64,000 bases of DNA, taken from NCBI GenBank assembly GCA_965112735.1, contig OZ218959.1, positions 2,294,001 to 2,358,000 of the forward strand, read 5' to 3'. Shown in pieces: positions 35,107-58,156 of this stretch. The notes below the pieces were generated by a model. That model saw only the letters and a list, made by a program, of their open reading frames with translations, did not search any database and was not told the origin of the DNA. Origin of the DNA: Phaeosaccion multiseriatum. Its lineage: Eukaryota > Protista > Ochrophyta, other classes. A program made the translations under genes and the position numbers. Position 1 is the first letter of the stretch. Each line of letters begins with the position of its first letter.

Positions 35107-36936
35107 GAGACAGAGTTTACCCACCAACCAACCAACCAACCAACCAACTAACCCACCAACCTACCACCCGAACTCACCTTGGAGCCTTTGGTTTGGAGCT
35201 TCTGGTGCAGAGCCTGGGCGAAAACGATGTTGGCCTGCTTCGTCTGGACGGAGAGGGAGGGAGGGGGGGGGACAGCAGAGAGCAAAGGAGCGCGTCATAG
35301 TCGGATCGAGACGGGAAGTGCCCATTTCATCTCCCACCCCCCTCTTCTCACTCTCCCTCTCTCACTCTCGCTCTCTCTTCTCTCTAACCTAAAACCAACA
35401 GTAGGTAGGTGGGGGTAAACAATCCAATCCACACTCACCTGTCCGTATCGTACCCACCGGGGGCTCTTAAACCCCCCAGCCGTCGAATCTCCCCCCAAGT
35501 CTCCCCCCTTCTTCTCCAAGTACTTGGCCTCCAGTGCCTTCGGCTGGTTGGCGGCTATGCTGGAGTGGCTCACTATGCGAGCTTCGCCCTTGCTCTCGGC
35601 CGCCGTTTCCAACAGGGGGAAGAGCTCCTTGCTGAGCATGAAGTGACTGAGGTGATTCGTCTGCCAGCCATTTGTGATTGTCATAGACAAGAGGGAGGGG
35701 GGGGGGGGGATGAGGAGGTGCTGCAGCCAACAGGGGTTGAATACCAGTACCAAAGGCAGGCAGGCAGGGAGCGAGGGCGGGAGGGAGCGTAGCTTGAAGT
35801 GCTGCTTTGACCCCCTTGCATCTCTGCCACGTGCAGTGTGCACTAGGTTGGCATTCGAAGACACTAAAAGTATCCATCTTCATCTTCCCGAGCGAGATGC
35901 TCTTCCATGGCGTGAGGAGAAGAAACGAGGTGTGCTAGAGACGGACAGACCCGATCGGCAGTGTGGTGTGTCATCTCACCTGCATCTGAATGTCGTAGCC
36001 ATCTTTTGTCGCTTTGTCGGCCATCGCCCTGTGCTCCCCCATAGAGATGGAGAGAGAGAAAGAGAGAGGGAGAGAAAGAGAGGGACAGAGAGAGAGCAAG
36101 AGAGAGAGAGAGGGAGAGGGAGAGAGAGAAAGAGAGGGAGAGGGAGGGAGAGGGAGAGGAAGAGGAAGAGGGAGAGAGAGAGCGGGAGAGAGATAAAGAG
36201 ATAGAGAAGAGAGAAAGAGAGAGCCGTGCATGTAGGGTGAGCCCAAAGCCAACGCCAAACAAGGAAAGGCCAAGGAAGGCCAACGAAGGCCAAGCAGCAG
36301 GAGAGGGCGCACGGCGCACCCCCCCTGACTCACAGCCCATTCACAGCGGACTCACATGATGCCTGCATTGTTCACAAGCACATCGATCCCGCTCTTTGCG
36401 TACGCGGCCTTGATGGCGTCGATGGCGCTCTTGACAGACGCAAAGTCCTGCAAGTCGCAGTCTATCTGGGATATCTTGGAGCTTGCACCGAGCTGCTCCT
36501 TCAGGTCTGCGAGGATCTTCTCAGATCTGTGTGTGTGGGGAGGGAGTGGGGAGTGGGGAGTGGGTGGGGGTTGAGTGGTGGGGCAAAAGTGTCTCTCCCT
36601 CTCTCTATTTTCAGGATCGATGACCTTCGTGGCTTCAATTCCCTCCCTCGTCTCGCCTGCCCATTCCGTCTCGTTGCAGAAACCATCATCCCCTGTGCCA
36701 AGCCCCCCCCTCCCCTCTCCGGCTCTTCAAATGAACACACAGCACACGCACCTCTCGCTCCTTCTGTTAAGCATCACCACCTCTGCGCCCTTCTCGGCAG
36801 CGGTCCGAGCAAACACTTCACCCGTTCCGGAGGTGGTGCCTGTGATCACAACCACCTTGCCATCAGCACTCGGGAGTTGGCTCAGCAGCTTTGGGTATTC
36901 CACGGACTTCTTATTGGCGGAGAAAGTGCCCCCCAT
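34051..36936 (-). CDS. SDR copy 3 (intact)
   Basis: Same 7 exons; start MGGTFSANKKSVEYP; repeat unit ~3.93 kb. Confidence 0.9.
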
Positions 36937-37156
36937 GGTGAAATCTGGAGGTGGAGAGAGAAAGAGAAGGGAGCGACAGAGTGAAGAGAAAGAGAAGAGA
37001 TGGCAGGGTGCGCGAGAGAGAAAGAGAGAGAGAAACAGAGAGTGAGTGAGTGAGAGAGAGAGAGAGGCAGAGAGAGGCAGAGAAGAAGCGACAGAGTGAA
37101 GAGAGAGAAAGAAAGAAAGAGCGAGGCAGAGAGAGGCAGAGAAGAAGCGACAGAGT

Positions 37157-37203
<47 letters not shown>

Positions 37204-38451
37204 AGAGAGAGAGAAGAGAGGGCAGGGTTCGAGGGAGAGAAGAGAGGGCAGGGTGAGAGAGAGAACAGAGAGGAGAGGAGAAAAAATGGCGGGCGATTGA
37301 TTTTGCCAAGCCCCCGCAAATCCCCCGCATTCCAGGCCTCCCTTCCACTCTCTTTCCTTACCGCTGCTGGGGTTGGTGAGGTGTGATACACTTGGGGATG
37401 GCTTCGGTGCGTCTTTTCTTTTTGGTGAGCTGCAATGATGGTGTATCACTTTTTGTCCGAGTGAAGACGGACACGGCCGGAGGGTTTGATCCATGTAGTA
37501 TGTCAGCAAATATCGATGCTCGAGTTGGGGTTTCGAAATCGAAATCTCTCCAGGGGTGTGGCTGTGCCCACAAAGACAGACAATTGTAAACACCCACCTC
37601 TACACCAAGGTGAGAAAACGGGCCAGGAAAGCGGGGATTACGAGTGGGGGAGGGGAGGATGAAGATGCCGTGGAAATTTCATCCGGTAGCCTCGCGGTGT
37701 GGGCGAAGTTGGGGGGCTGCAAAAGTCTCTCGTGTGTCTGCATAGCTTTTCCCTCCACCCAGAGAAGGCGGTTGGATTGAGGGCCGGTGACGCTAGCGGA
37801 TGCGTGGAATGACTTGAGCAATCAGCGCATACCTCGCTCCCCCTGTTCTGCTTGTGAGGGGCCATCCTACAATACCTTAGTGTCTGTTTATCCTTCTTCT
37901 CTGGATACGATCTGGATACCACGATGGAGCGGGGATGGCGTGGTGTTCGTCGCCTTGTACGCCCACGACTAACGTGGAATGCGCTGTGAAGGCGTCATTT
38001 CCTTGGGTTTGTTTGAGCTGTTTGTATTCCAGCCTACATGAAGCGTCGTCTGTACTACCAACAAGACCCTGCTCACCTCCCTTGTCCCTTCACACCCTTC
38101 ATCACTCCCTCGCCATCAGCACAGCCAAATACGCTCCGCGCCACAGACCTGAGGAGCTACAGCAGGCAGGAGTACTAGCAAGGCAAAGGACGAGGAGGGG
38201 GGTTCGAGAGAGACGGGCGGTGTTTGGCCTTTTGGCCCACGCAGTGGCAGCAGCCTAAGGGGGCCGCCCGGCTCTGCACAGGCACTACACAGGCACTACG
38301 CTCGGCATCCGGAGGGACATGGACGTTTCATTTCTCCGCCCAATGCGATAGAAGGCTGCTGGGAGCCAGCGTGTGGGTGGGGGAAGGGGGGGGAGGGAGT
38401 GACAGCGGTGTGGCGGAAACTGGAGCTTGGGAGGCGTAGTTGCGGAACATC

Positions 38452-47893
<9,442 letters not shown>

Positions 47894-48073
47894 GGGTAGA
47901 GGGGCAGGGCCCCCCCGGGGAGGTGGAGAGGGAGTGTGACATCGAGAGGGGGATGGTCTCTCGCTCCTCTCTCTTCTTCTCTGCCTGGAGAGTGACATCG
48001 AGAGGGAAACAGATGGTCTCTCTCTCCTCTCTCTTCTTCTCTCCCTGTCTCTCTCTCTCTCTCTCTTCCTCTG

Positions 48074-48106
<33 letters not shown>

Positions 48107-48702
48107 TGTGCTTCACATCACGTACGTCTCTGACTTCGCCGTGAGAGAACCAATGGAAGGAAGTTCGGTGGTTTGCGTCCAGCCCGAGCGAGGAAGGGGA
48201 GCGGAGTGGGTCCACACCTTGTTCAGAGTAGGAGCTGTGCCCTGTGTTGGGAGGGTCTCGCGGGCCCAAGAGCAGGCAGTGGAGAGAATTGTGTACTCAT
48301 GCAGCTACTAGTCGGCCACAGGGAGCGCACGTCTCTTTGTGCTGTGCTACGGAATGCCTTTCTGTGGAATGCCTTAACTACGGAATACCTTACTGGCGGG
48401 GGTAAAAATAGAAAGCAAGAGTTGTCCTGTTGTCGAAACACGGTGCTTTTTTGTTTGTTTATTACGTAGTAGATGTTCCCCCTGAAGGGAAGGTCAGCAC
48501 CTGGCAGCATCTGCCTCATCGACTCTGAGCCCGCAGATGGCCCTGGGGGTGTGGCCGGAGAAACCCACCCTGGGGGTGCAATACGCCGGCGCCCACACCC
48601 TCTCGGAAACCCAAACCCACGGAACATGAGTTGCTTCACCTCTCCGAGCCCATCGGGGCACGGATTTACACGCACTTGATACGCTCTGCTGCAGAATCGG
48701 AA

Positions 48703-51700
48703 TCATCGCTTCGGTAGTAGCTGCACCTCTGCACCTCCTCCTCCTCCTCGTCCTCCTCCTCCAAAAAGCTGCTGCCGTTCCTGAGACTGCTCACGAGTCA
48801 CGAGCAGCAGCGGCAGGGCGACGAGAGCGGTGCGGTGCGGTGGGCTCCTTCCTCTCGCTCCTCGCTTCTTACGCTTCCTTCCCACGGACGCCTCCTCCTC
48901 CTCCTCCTCGCGGCCATCGTGGGGGGGCGCTTCATGAGCGCTGCCTCTCTCCTCGGCTTCCTCCCACTGCTGATGGGCGCGTGCCTCGCGCACACCATCC
49001 CGTCCATGCCTCCCCCCTCGCCTGCTTTTCACACTCCCCCCTGGTGGGAGCAGGGTGGCTTCAATAAGCCAAGATGCCACAGACAGGCAGTTGGTGCTTA
49101 TTGAGACTGCAAAGCCCTATTTACTCGATCCCGAGAAGGAGCGGACAGGATCATCACCATGACTTCCAATCAACTCGGTGTTCTCATTATGTCAACAACT
49201 CAGTGTTCTCATTGTGTCAAGGGCAAAGCGGCCACTTGGGGACAGCTTAAGTAAGAATCACGAAAGACTATTAAAAGTGCTTGAACATTGTGGATAGGTC
49301 TCCGCTCGCTCTGAGAACAAAATAGGGGGGCACGGTACCGATAGACAGACACAGACACAGGGATAGACAGACACAGAGACAGACAGACAGAGGGACAGAC
49401 AGACACAGGGACAGACAGGCACAGAGACAGACAGACAGAGGGATAGACAGACAGAGGGACAGACAGGCACAGAGACAGACAGACAGAGGGATAGACAGAC
49501 AGAGGGACAGACAGACAGAGGGACAGACAGACAGAGGGGGCACACATTACATACAGACGGGGATAGACATGCGGCGTCAGCGACCAATGCATGCATACAT
49601 CGTAAGGTAGGGCCATCCACGAGCATCTCCCGCCTCATCTCCGCCTCCGTATATGCCACAGCCTCTTCGTCTCTTCACTCTCTCTGCCACGGAGGATCAC
49701 ACACGGACCGCTTCCCACCCTCACCCAAACCAAGTCAAGTCGTTCACATCTGTGAAGAGAGGAACGAAACACCAACCTGTGCACCTCCTGCTCCAGGTCG
49801 GACAGAAGCGCGTCCCTCGCCGCTCGAGGTCTGCCTGCCCTGACGTGTGCCATGGCCTCGTTCACCACCGCCAGCACATTGTGGGAGAGGGTTGCCGACC
49901 CATCCACAGGTACGAAGGGTTGGGGGGGGGGGGCTGGTTGGGTTTGTGGTGTCCATCGAGAGAGATGCGGGGGAGGAGGAGGAGGAGGAGGAGGAGGAGG
50001 AGGAGGAGGAGCGTGGCGAAGGGAGGAGTGTAGAGACGAGGACTGCTTGGGGAAGAAGGAGGAGGAGGAGGGGGAGGGGGAACGGCATGGGCCCTTCTCG
50101 ATGCCTCTTCTTATCTGGCGAGAGAGCTGCGTAGGGGCGTTGGTGGTACAGGATAAGAGAAACAAGGAAACGGAGGGGCAGAGAAGAAGGAGCAATGTAA
50201 GCTGGGGGGGCAAGCGAGAGTGAGCCACAGTGGCAGACACATCACAAATGGCCCGCCTAGCCTATGGTAGACAACCAACACACCAACCTTGCGGGGGGCG
50301 GTGGTGGTGTTGCTTCTCCTGTCATTCTCCAGGCGGATTCGCGCCCTTTGAGCAGTGTGTGAGCCGACATTGCACTGTTGTTGGTTGGGAAGGGGCGGCG
50401 GAAATGGGTACATAGAGAATCATAAGCGACGGTGCATTGCTCCAAGAAGGAGGAGGGGCGGGAGAATGGAGACTACTTCGCTGACCGAAATCAGCTGGAA
50501 ATCTTTCATATTTTTTCGTACAGGGGACCATGGTAGATGAGTTAACACGTACACACGTACACACACACACACGTGTCGAGAGAGCGATCGATACACATAC
50601 ACATACACACACATACACACACATATACACATACACACACATACACATATACACACACATACACATACACATATACACGCACACACACACACATACACAC
50701 ACGTACACACACACATACACATACACACATACACATACACATACGCATACACATACACACACATACACACATACACATACACACACACATATACATACAC
50801 ACACATACACATACACACATACACACACATATACATACACTCACATACACATACACATACACACACATACACATACACACACACATACACATACATACAT
50901 CGCGCTTCCCCGTCGCCCAACTTCACAGACGTACTCCTTCTTCCTAACAGTCCTTACCTTCCCAGGAAGAGTCGTCACACAACTCCTCCGGGGGGCGACA
51001 GTGCTTAGGCCTTGATGCTCAGTCACTCTTCCTGACCGCTGTATCACCAACTGCTGCTGCTGCTGTTGCTGCCGCTTCTGCTGCGTGACGAGGGCCTCGT
51101 TCACATCCGATACACCGCCCGCAAAGGCCTCAAGCTGAGCCTTCTCCTTCATGGCCGTCACGAGCATCTCCTCCACTCCCTCTCTGTTGGCACGCTCAGT
51201 CAACACCGATGCTTCCAACTAAAGGAGAGCGAGAAAGAGAGAGAGAGAGGAACGAGAAAGAGAGAAAGGCGAGAGGGAGAGAGAGAGAGAGGAGCGAGCA
51301 CAACACCACAGAACAAGCGGAGGCATCCGAGAGACCGGATGAATCCATGGTGGGAGCAAGGGAGGAGCGAGAGTTATGATCAAGTGCGCAGTTTGGTTGG
51401 CTTGTGTACGTACGCTTGTACGCTTCTTGTTTGGCGGTGTGTGCATCCCTCCGTCACCCTCCTCCCCCGCACTTGAAGGCCGATGGCACGACAGCAGTCT
51501 CGTAAGTCAGTGGCGCCTCTCCTGCCCCCTTCCCCCGTCCCCTCTTGCTATCTCCATATTTCGCTCACTGCGACTCTCTCTCCCTCCCTCTCCCTCTGTC
51601 TCGCCTTCTCATTCCGTCCCTCGCTCTTCCCCCTCCCTCTGTCTCACTCTCATTCCCTCCCTCGCTCTTCCCCCTCTCCCTCTTTCGCCCCCTGTCCCTC

Positions 51701-51953
51701 CCTCCCTCCCTCTGCGCACACCCCCCTTCCACCGCTTCGTTGCCTTCAGCATGCTTGTCTCGAGGTGGCTGTGCTCGAGCCTGATGCCGCTCTCCTCTGC
51801 TCTGGCCTCCTCTCTGGTCTCCTCCCCCCTCCCTCTCCTTTCCCGTCCTCTCCATCCCCTGCGGCGCTGCTGCCTCTCACCTCTTCGAGCTGAGCGCGAG
51901 CTTTATCCAAAGCCGCAGCCTGCAGACGCCAAAGGGCAGGAGACACAGAGGGA

Positions 51954-51991
<38 letters not shown>

Positions 51992-52120
51992 GACGGACAC
52001 ATAGAGATAGGCAGACGGAGAGAGGGGGGGGGGGGATATAGAGGTTGAGAGACAGATATGAGACATAGAGAGAGGGACAGGCACAGAGGGGCGAGAGGGA
52101 GGGAAATCAAGGGGAAGAGG

Positions 52121-52167
<47 letters not shown>

Positions 52168-53358
52168 GATGGAGAGGGGAGGGAGAAAGGAGAAAGGAGA
52201 ACGTCAAGGCCCGAATGTGTCGAGGGCGATTGATACCGTGTGCAGGAAGTTTGAGACAAGAACAGAAACAGGACGGGTGAGACGGGACAGAGAGAGAGAG
52301 AGAGAAGGGGGGGGGTAGGACCGGGGCAAAACAGAAAAGTAGAGAAACGGATCATCCGGAGCCTCGAATGTTCTGCATATATGGAGGATAAAGCTGATGA
52401 TACCGACCTGGGCCCTGCTCTTGTGCTCTTGCTCGGCCTTCTTTCGGTCCCGAGCTACCCTAAGAGGAAGATAGGGGACGGAAGGGGAAGGGCAAGAGGA
52501 AGAAAAGGAAAGAAGGGGGCCGCAACAGGGCCTTGGCTTGAGGACGGAACAGAACTTTGGAGGGCGGGAAGGGGGGTAGCAGGGGGAGAAGGAGGCCGCC
52601 TAGGAGGACAAGGAGGACTCTTGAGTCCGGTTTGTGGAGCGCTGACATGGACTGGACCTTAGGTGGCATTTCTAAGCTCCGCAGGTTGCTTCCCCTTTTT
52701 ACCTGAGTCTTTCCAGCAGGTCCTCCAGCGTCTGAATACGGGAGAGCATAGCCTCGGAGCGGGCCTCTGCTGCCCTCGCTGCGGCCTCACAGGTGTGCGC
52801 CAATTCCTCCGCTGCCGCTGCCTCCTGCTTCAGCACTTCCTCCTGCCCTCGAATCTGGTGTTTGCCGATAAGAGATGTGACCATTCATTTTTATTCTCAT
52901 AGGGCGGTGAGCCACAAAGAGCATCGTCCAAGCTAAGGCACTCTGGTCACCTTCCCGAAACCACCCCCTTAGGGTTCTCTTCTTCTCACCTTGGACAGAC
53001 TCCGTTCGACACCTTCCTTCTCCACTAGCAGGCGTTCGTGCTCAATCCTGCTCATCGTGGTTCTCTCCTGCGCGTCTCTTAAGTCGGCAGTCATTAGGCC
53101 CTCGTGCTTCGCCCTCTGGAGCGCCACCTTCTCCTTCAAGGCCTCCACCTGTTCCCGACACACATTTCGCGCACACTCCAGCCGGGTCGCCTTGTCCTGG
53201 AGGGTCCGGAGAGCTGCAAGAGCCGCCTTGCTGCTTCGTATGCTGCCAATGGTCCCGCCACTGCTGCTGGTGGCGGCTCTGCTGCCGAAAAACGTCTCGG
53301 CAAAAGGAGCAACGGCAGCAGACGGACTTCCCGGGTAAGGGGAGAGTGGAAATGCCAT
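48703..53358 (-). CDS. Multi-exon coiled-coil protein with CEP57/translokin-like N-terminus (3' exon structure uncertain)
   Basis: Exon 53358-52990 SSKAALAALRTLQDKATRLECAR resembles the CEP57 motif (A...AL..LQ.K..RLE). Further coiled-coil exons near 52880-52703, 51925-51750 and 51218-50956; ORF pieces near 49950-49635 and 49080-48703 may belong to it. Confidence 0.55.
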
Positions 53359-53609
53359 GCCGCTGCCTTGTCCCACTGTATACACTACGCAAGGATCTAC
53401 AGCGCAAGGGGGGGGGGGGGAAGAGGGGAAGTTTCACGCTACTCTAAAGCTAAAGGGGAAGGCTGCCTTCTGGTGCCATCCGTTCTTTCCCCCAGCGTCT
53501 TATTTCCTCCTCCTTTCACCAGCTCCTTTAAGCCTTTAATCATGCCTGCTGCGCCGGCCGTAATCAGTAATCAGGTAATCTTGTCCAGAGCTGACTCCTT
53601 TTCCCTCTC

Positions 53610-54320
53610 TCACTCACTCACTCACTCATTCTCACTCACTCACTCACTAACTCACTCACTCACGGGCCCCTCACTCACTCACTCACTCACTCACTCACTC
53701 ACTCACTCACTCACTCACTCACTCACTCACTCACTCACTCACTCACTCACTCACTCACTCACTCACTCACTCACTCACTCACTCACTCACTCACTCACTC
53801 ACTCACTCACTCACTCACTCACTCACTCACTCACTCACTCACTCACTCACTCACTCACTCACTCACTCACTCACTCACTCACTCACTCACTCACTCATTC
53901 GCTCGGGCACACTCATTGACTGCCTGACTCACTCAGTCACTCACTCACTCACGCACGCACTCACTCACTCACTCACTCACTCACTCACTCACTCACTCAC
54001 TCACTCACTCACTCACTCACTCACTCACTCACTCACTCACTCACTCACTCACTCACTCACTCACTCACTCACTCACTCACTCACTCACTCACTCACTCAC
54101 TCACTCACTCACTCACTCACTCACTCACTCACTCACTCACTCACTCACTCACTCACTCACTCACTCACTCACTCACTCACTCACTCACTCACTCACTCAC
54201 TCACTCACTCACTCACTCACTCACTCACTCACTCACTTCCTCCCTCACTTATTCACTGACTCACTCACCCACTCACTCACTCACTCACTCACTTCCTCCC
54301 TCACTTATTCACTGACTGAT
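53610..54320 (+). repeat. (TCAC)n array 1, bounding the 7TM gene array
   Basis: Visible tetranucleotide run. Confidence 0.95.
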
Positions 54321-54899
54321 TGAGCGAAAAGCAAACCTAGTCACCTAGGGCACACCCTGAAGGCTGCTGTGGGGCCGATGGTGGCACGGCGTGCACCACA
54401 GCACCGTGTGCGATGTCACAAACTTAAAAGGAGGGTATATATTTACAAGGGATAGGCGCTATACATTGGGTCGTCCGTCGGCGACCCCTCCTCCGCCCCT
54501 CGTATGGGAACACAGGCCTACTCTGATGCAGAGCAAGGGTACTTCAGAAAACGACGTTTTCTTAAGTACCCTTGTGCAGAGGGAGAGAGACCCTATTCCT
54601 CTGACCGCGCGGTGTTTTCCAACGGCGAGAAGCAGCAGGTGTGCCTAGGGACCCACCCGTCGGCCCTCCTGCTTTCTCCGCCCCCCCCTTGAGCCTTGTG
54701 CTTGCACCCACCGAGCTGCCAACTCGGCTCGGGAAGTATGCCTAATGATGGCTCAACGCATCATTCCTCCTCTTCTTCCAACGGAGCCCGGCGGCATGGG
54801 CCTTTCCTCCCTCTTCCCTTCGGACCAGCAGGGTAGCGTGTGCCACAGCAGCACACAGAAGCCAACAGAGAAGAGGAAGAAGAGCCTGTAGCTGCACGC

Positions 54900-55988
54900 C
54901 TATCTTGGTGACCAATGTACGGGAAGAACCTTACTGCTACTCTTCCCACCTCCAATACTTGCAGCTGTCTTACTTACTAAAATGTTGATAGAACTAGGAC
55001 GGGGGGCGGCGACCGAATCTCTTCGAGTGAATGCCCCTCTGAAAACGCAGTAGAACACTATGAGTTCCCAGCCCACACCGATTAGTCTGAGCGGTATCAT
55101 TGCAGCAGAGGGCCGCTGACGCATCCACGTACTCATCGGATCAACGAGGGTGAACAGAAGGATACAGGAGCTTCCAACCCAGATGGAGGATACAGCACCC
55201 AGCACGTGCTGGCACTGCGTCTTGACCTTGCGCAAGTCTGGCCCTAGCTCGGGCATCGTCTTAAGCATGCCGAGCAGGCAGGTGGTGGCCACTACAATAG
55301 CTGCACAGATTGCGCTGATAAAGGGCAGCGCAAGGGCGAGCCCAGTCCAGAACGTGAAGTAGCCTGGGAGAACAATCAGTACCACACACGTTGATGTCCC
55401 TGCGATGGCCACAGCAGCCAAGATAACCCAAAATCGGCTCTCCACCCAGTTCCGGAGCCGAAGAGCGGTTGGTGCGCGAGACAGGAGGCTCCGCGGTAGG
55501 GCAGCAAGCCACAGACGAAGAACCAGCCATCCATTTCCTATGAGAAACCAAGTAGCAGCACCAAGAAAGCACCAAGCCATCATGGCGTCGTCCAGCACCC
55601 CTGTTCCACTGTAGAACCTCCCAGTATTGATGAGTATGGCTGTTGTGGTGAAGAGGATACAAAGCATTGCTCCTATCAACCGGGTTTGTGCTACACCCGT
55701 CTTCGTCTCCTGCAGGAGTGCCTTCACGCCTCCCCTACGCCGTATATGCCTGCCGAGGATGAACACCACATCGACCAGGTGGACAGCAAGGATGAGCAGA
55801 AGTACCATCTCGGGAACATCAAGGTACGCCTTGGCAACACAAGCACTGTCTCCCACGATGTTCTTGTCGTAATATCCGTCCCCACAGCCGCAAGTCGCCG
55901 TAGTTTCATCGCACACGCCTTCGCTGTGGCTTGGGCGGCCAAAGGTCGAGGCCGCCTCGTCCCGGCACACCAGCACGCACGCAGACAT
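54900..55988 (-). CDS. Intronless protein with N-terminal EGF-like Cys module and ~7 transmembrane helices, copy 1
   Basis: 362-aa ORF; C..C..HSEGVCDETTATC.CGDGY..SAC followed by seven hydrophobic segments; conserved in four paralogs. Confidence 0.8.
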   Translation of the reverse strand: MSACVLVCRDEAASTFGRPSHSEGVCDETTATCGCGDGYYDKNIVGDSACVAKAYLDVPEMVLLLILAVHLVDVVFILGRHIRRRGGVKALLQETKTGVAQTRLIGAMLCILFTTTAILINTGRFYSGTGVLDDAMMAWCFLGAATWFLIGNGWLVLRLWLAALPRSLLSRAPTALRLRNWVESRFWVILAAVAIAGTSTCVVLIVLPGYFTFWTGLALALPFISAICAAIVVATTCLLGMLKTMPELGPDLRKVKTQCQHVLGAVSSIWVGSSCILLFTLVDPMSTWMRQRPSAAMIPLRLIGVGWELIVFYCVFRGAFTRRDSVAAPRPSSINILVSKTAASIGGGKSSSKVLPVHWSPR

Positions 55989-56147
55989 CCTTCCTAAGAG
56001 TCGATATCATTAGTCGGTGACTGTAAGTAGATATTAAATGTGAAAGGGAAAGGGGAATGAAAAAAAGAGAAAAGAAAAGAAAAACTTCCGAAACCGTTCC
56101 AACACACACACACTTGCCGCCCCCTCTGCGGGAAGAAGAAACAAAAC

Positions 56148-57610
56148 TCACTGACTCACTCTCACTCACTCACTCACTCACTCACTCACTCACTCACTCA
56201 CTCACTCACTCACTCACTCACTCACTCACTCACTCACTCACTCACTCACTCACTCACTCACTCACTCACTCACTCACTCACTCACTCACTCACTCACTCA
56301 CTCACTCACTCACTCACTCACTCACTCACTCACTCACTCACTCACTCACTCACTCACTCACTCACTCACTCACTCACTCACTCACTCACTCACTCACTCA
56401 CTCACTCACTCACTCACTCACTCACTCACTCACTCACTCACTCACTCACTCACTCACTCACTCACTCACTCACTCACTCACTCACTCACTCACTCACTCA
56501 CTCACTCACTCACTCACTCACTCACTCACTCACTCACTCACTCACTCACTCACTCACTCACTCACTCACTCACTCACTCACTCACTCACTCACTCACTCA
56601 CTCACTCACTCACTCACTCACTCACTCACTCACTCACTCACTCACTCACTCACTCACTCACTCACTCACTCACTCACTCACTCACTCACTCACTCACTCA
56701 CTCACTCACTCACTCACTCACTCACTCACTCACTCACTCACTCACTCACTCACTCACTCACTCACTCACTCACTCACTCACTCACTCACTCACTCACTCA
56801 CTCACTCACTCACTCACTCACTCACTCACTCACTCACTCACTCACTCACTCACTCACTCACTCACTCACTCACTCACTCACTCACTCACTCACTCACTCA
56901 CTCACTCACTCACTCACTCACTCACTCACTCACTCACTCACTCACTCACTCACTCACTCACTCACTCACTCACTCACTCACTCACTCACTCACTCACTCA
57001 CTCACTCACTCACTCACTCACTCACTCACTCACTCACTCACTCACTCACTCACTCACTCACTCACTCACTCACTCACTCACTCACTCACTCACTCACTCA
57101 CTCACTCACTCACTCACTCACTCACTCACTCACTCACTCACTCACTCACTCACTCACTCACTCACTCACTCACTCACTCACTCACTCACTCACTCACTCA
57201 CTCACTCACTCACTCACTCACTCACTCACTCACTCACTCACTCACTCACTCACTCACTCACTCACTCACTCACTCACTCACTCACTCACTCACTCACTCA
57301 CTCACTCACTCACTCACTCACTCACTCACTCACTCACTCACTCACTCACTCACTCACTCACTCACTCACTCACTCACTCACTCACTCACTCACTCACTCA
57401 CTCACTCACTCACTCACTCACTCACTCACTCACTCACTCACTCACTCACTCACTCACTCACTCACTCACTCACTCACTCACTCACTCACTCACTCACTCA
57501 CTCACTCACTCACTCACTCACTCACTCACTCACTCACTCACTCACTCACTCACTCACTCACTCACTCACTCACTCACTCACTCACTTCCTCCCTCACTTA
57601 TTCACTGACT
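56148..57610 (+). repeat. (TCAC)n array 2, ~1.45 kb
   Basis: Nearly pure tetranucleotide run. Confidence 0.97.
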
Positions 57611-58156
57611 GATTGAGCGAAGAGCAAACCTAGTCACCTAGGGCACACCCTGAAGGCTGCTATGGGGCCGATGGTGGCACGGCGTGCACCACAGCACCGT
57701 GTGCGATGTCACAAACTTAAAAGGAGGGTATATATTTACAAGGGATAGGCGCTATACATTGGGCCGTCCGTCGGCGACCCCTCCTCCGCCCCTCGTATGG
57801 GAGCACAGGCCTACTCTGACTGCTCTGACTGATGCACAGGGAGAGAGATCCTATTCCTCTGACCGCGCGGTGTTTTCCCACGGCGAGAAGCAGCAGGTGT
57901 GCCTAGGGACCCACCCGTCGGCCCTCCTGCTTTCTCCTCCCCCCCCTTGAGCCTTGTGCTTGCACCCACCGAGCTGCCAACTAGGCTCGGGAAGCATGCC
58001 TTATGATGGCTCAACGCATCATTCCTCCTCTTCTTCCAACGGAGCCCGGCGGCATGGGCCTTTCCCCGCTCTTCCCTTCGGACAGCAGGGTAGCGTGTGC
58101 CACAGCAGCACGCAGAAGCCAACAGAGAAGAGGAAGAAGAGCCTGTAGCTGCACGC

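Noticed and set aside
49170-49545. 25-bp tandem duplication and (GACA)-based minisatellite
   Set aside because: Ordinary simple repeats, probably intronic.
56057-57616. 519-aa SLTH-repeat ORF and similar poly-P/L/S/HT ORFs (2697-3311, 8742-9693, 50322-51015)
   Set aside because: Translations of microsatellites.
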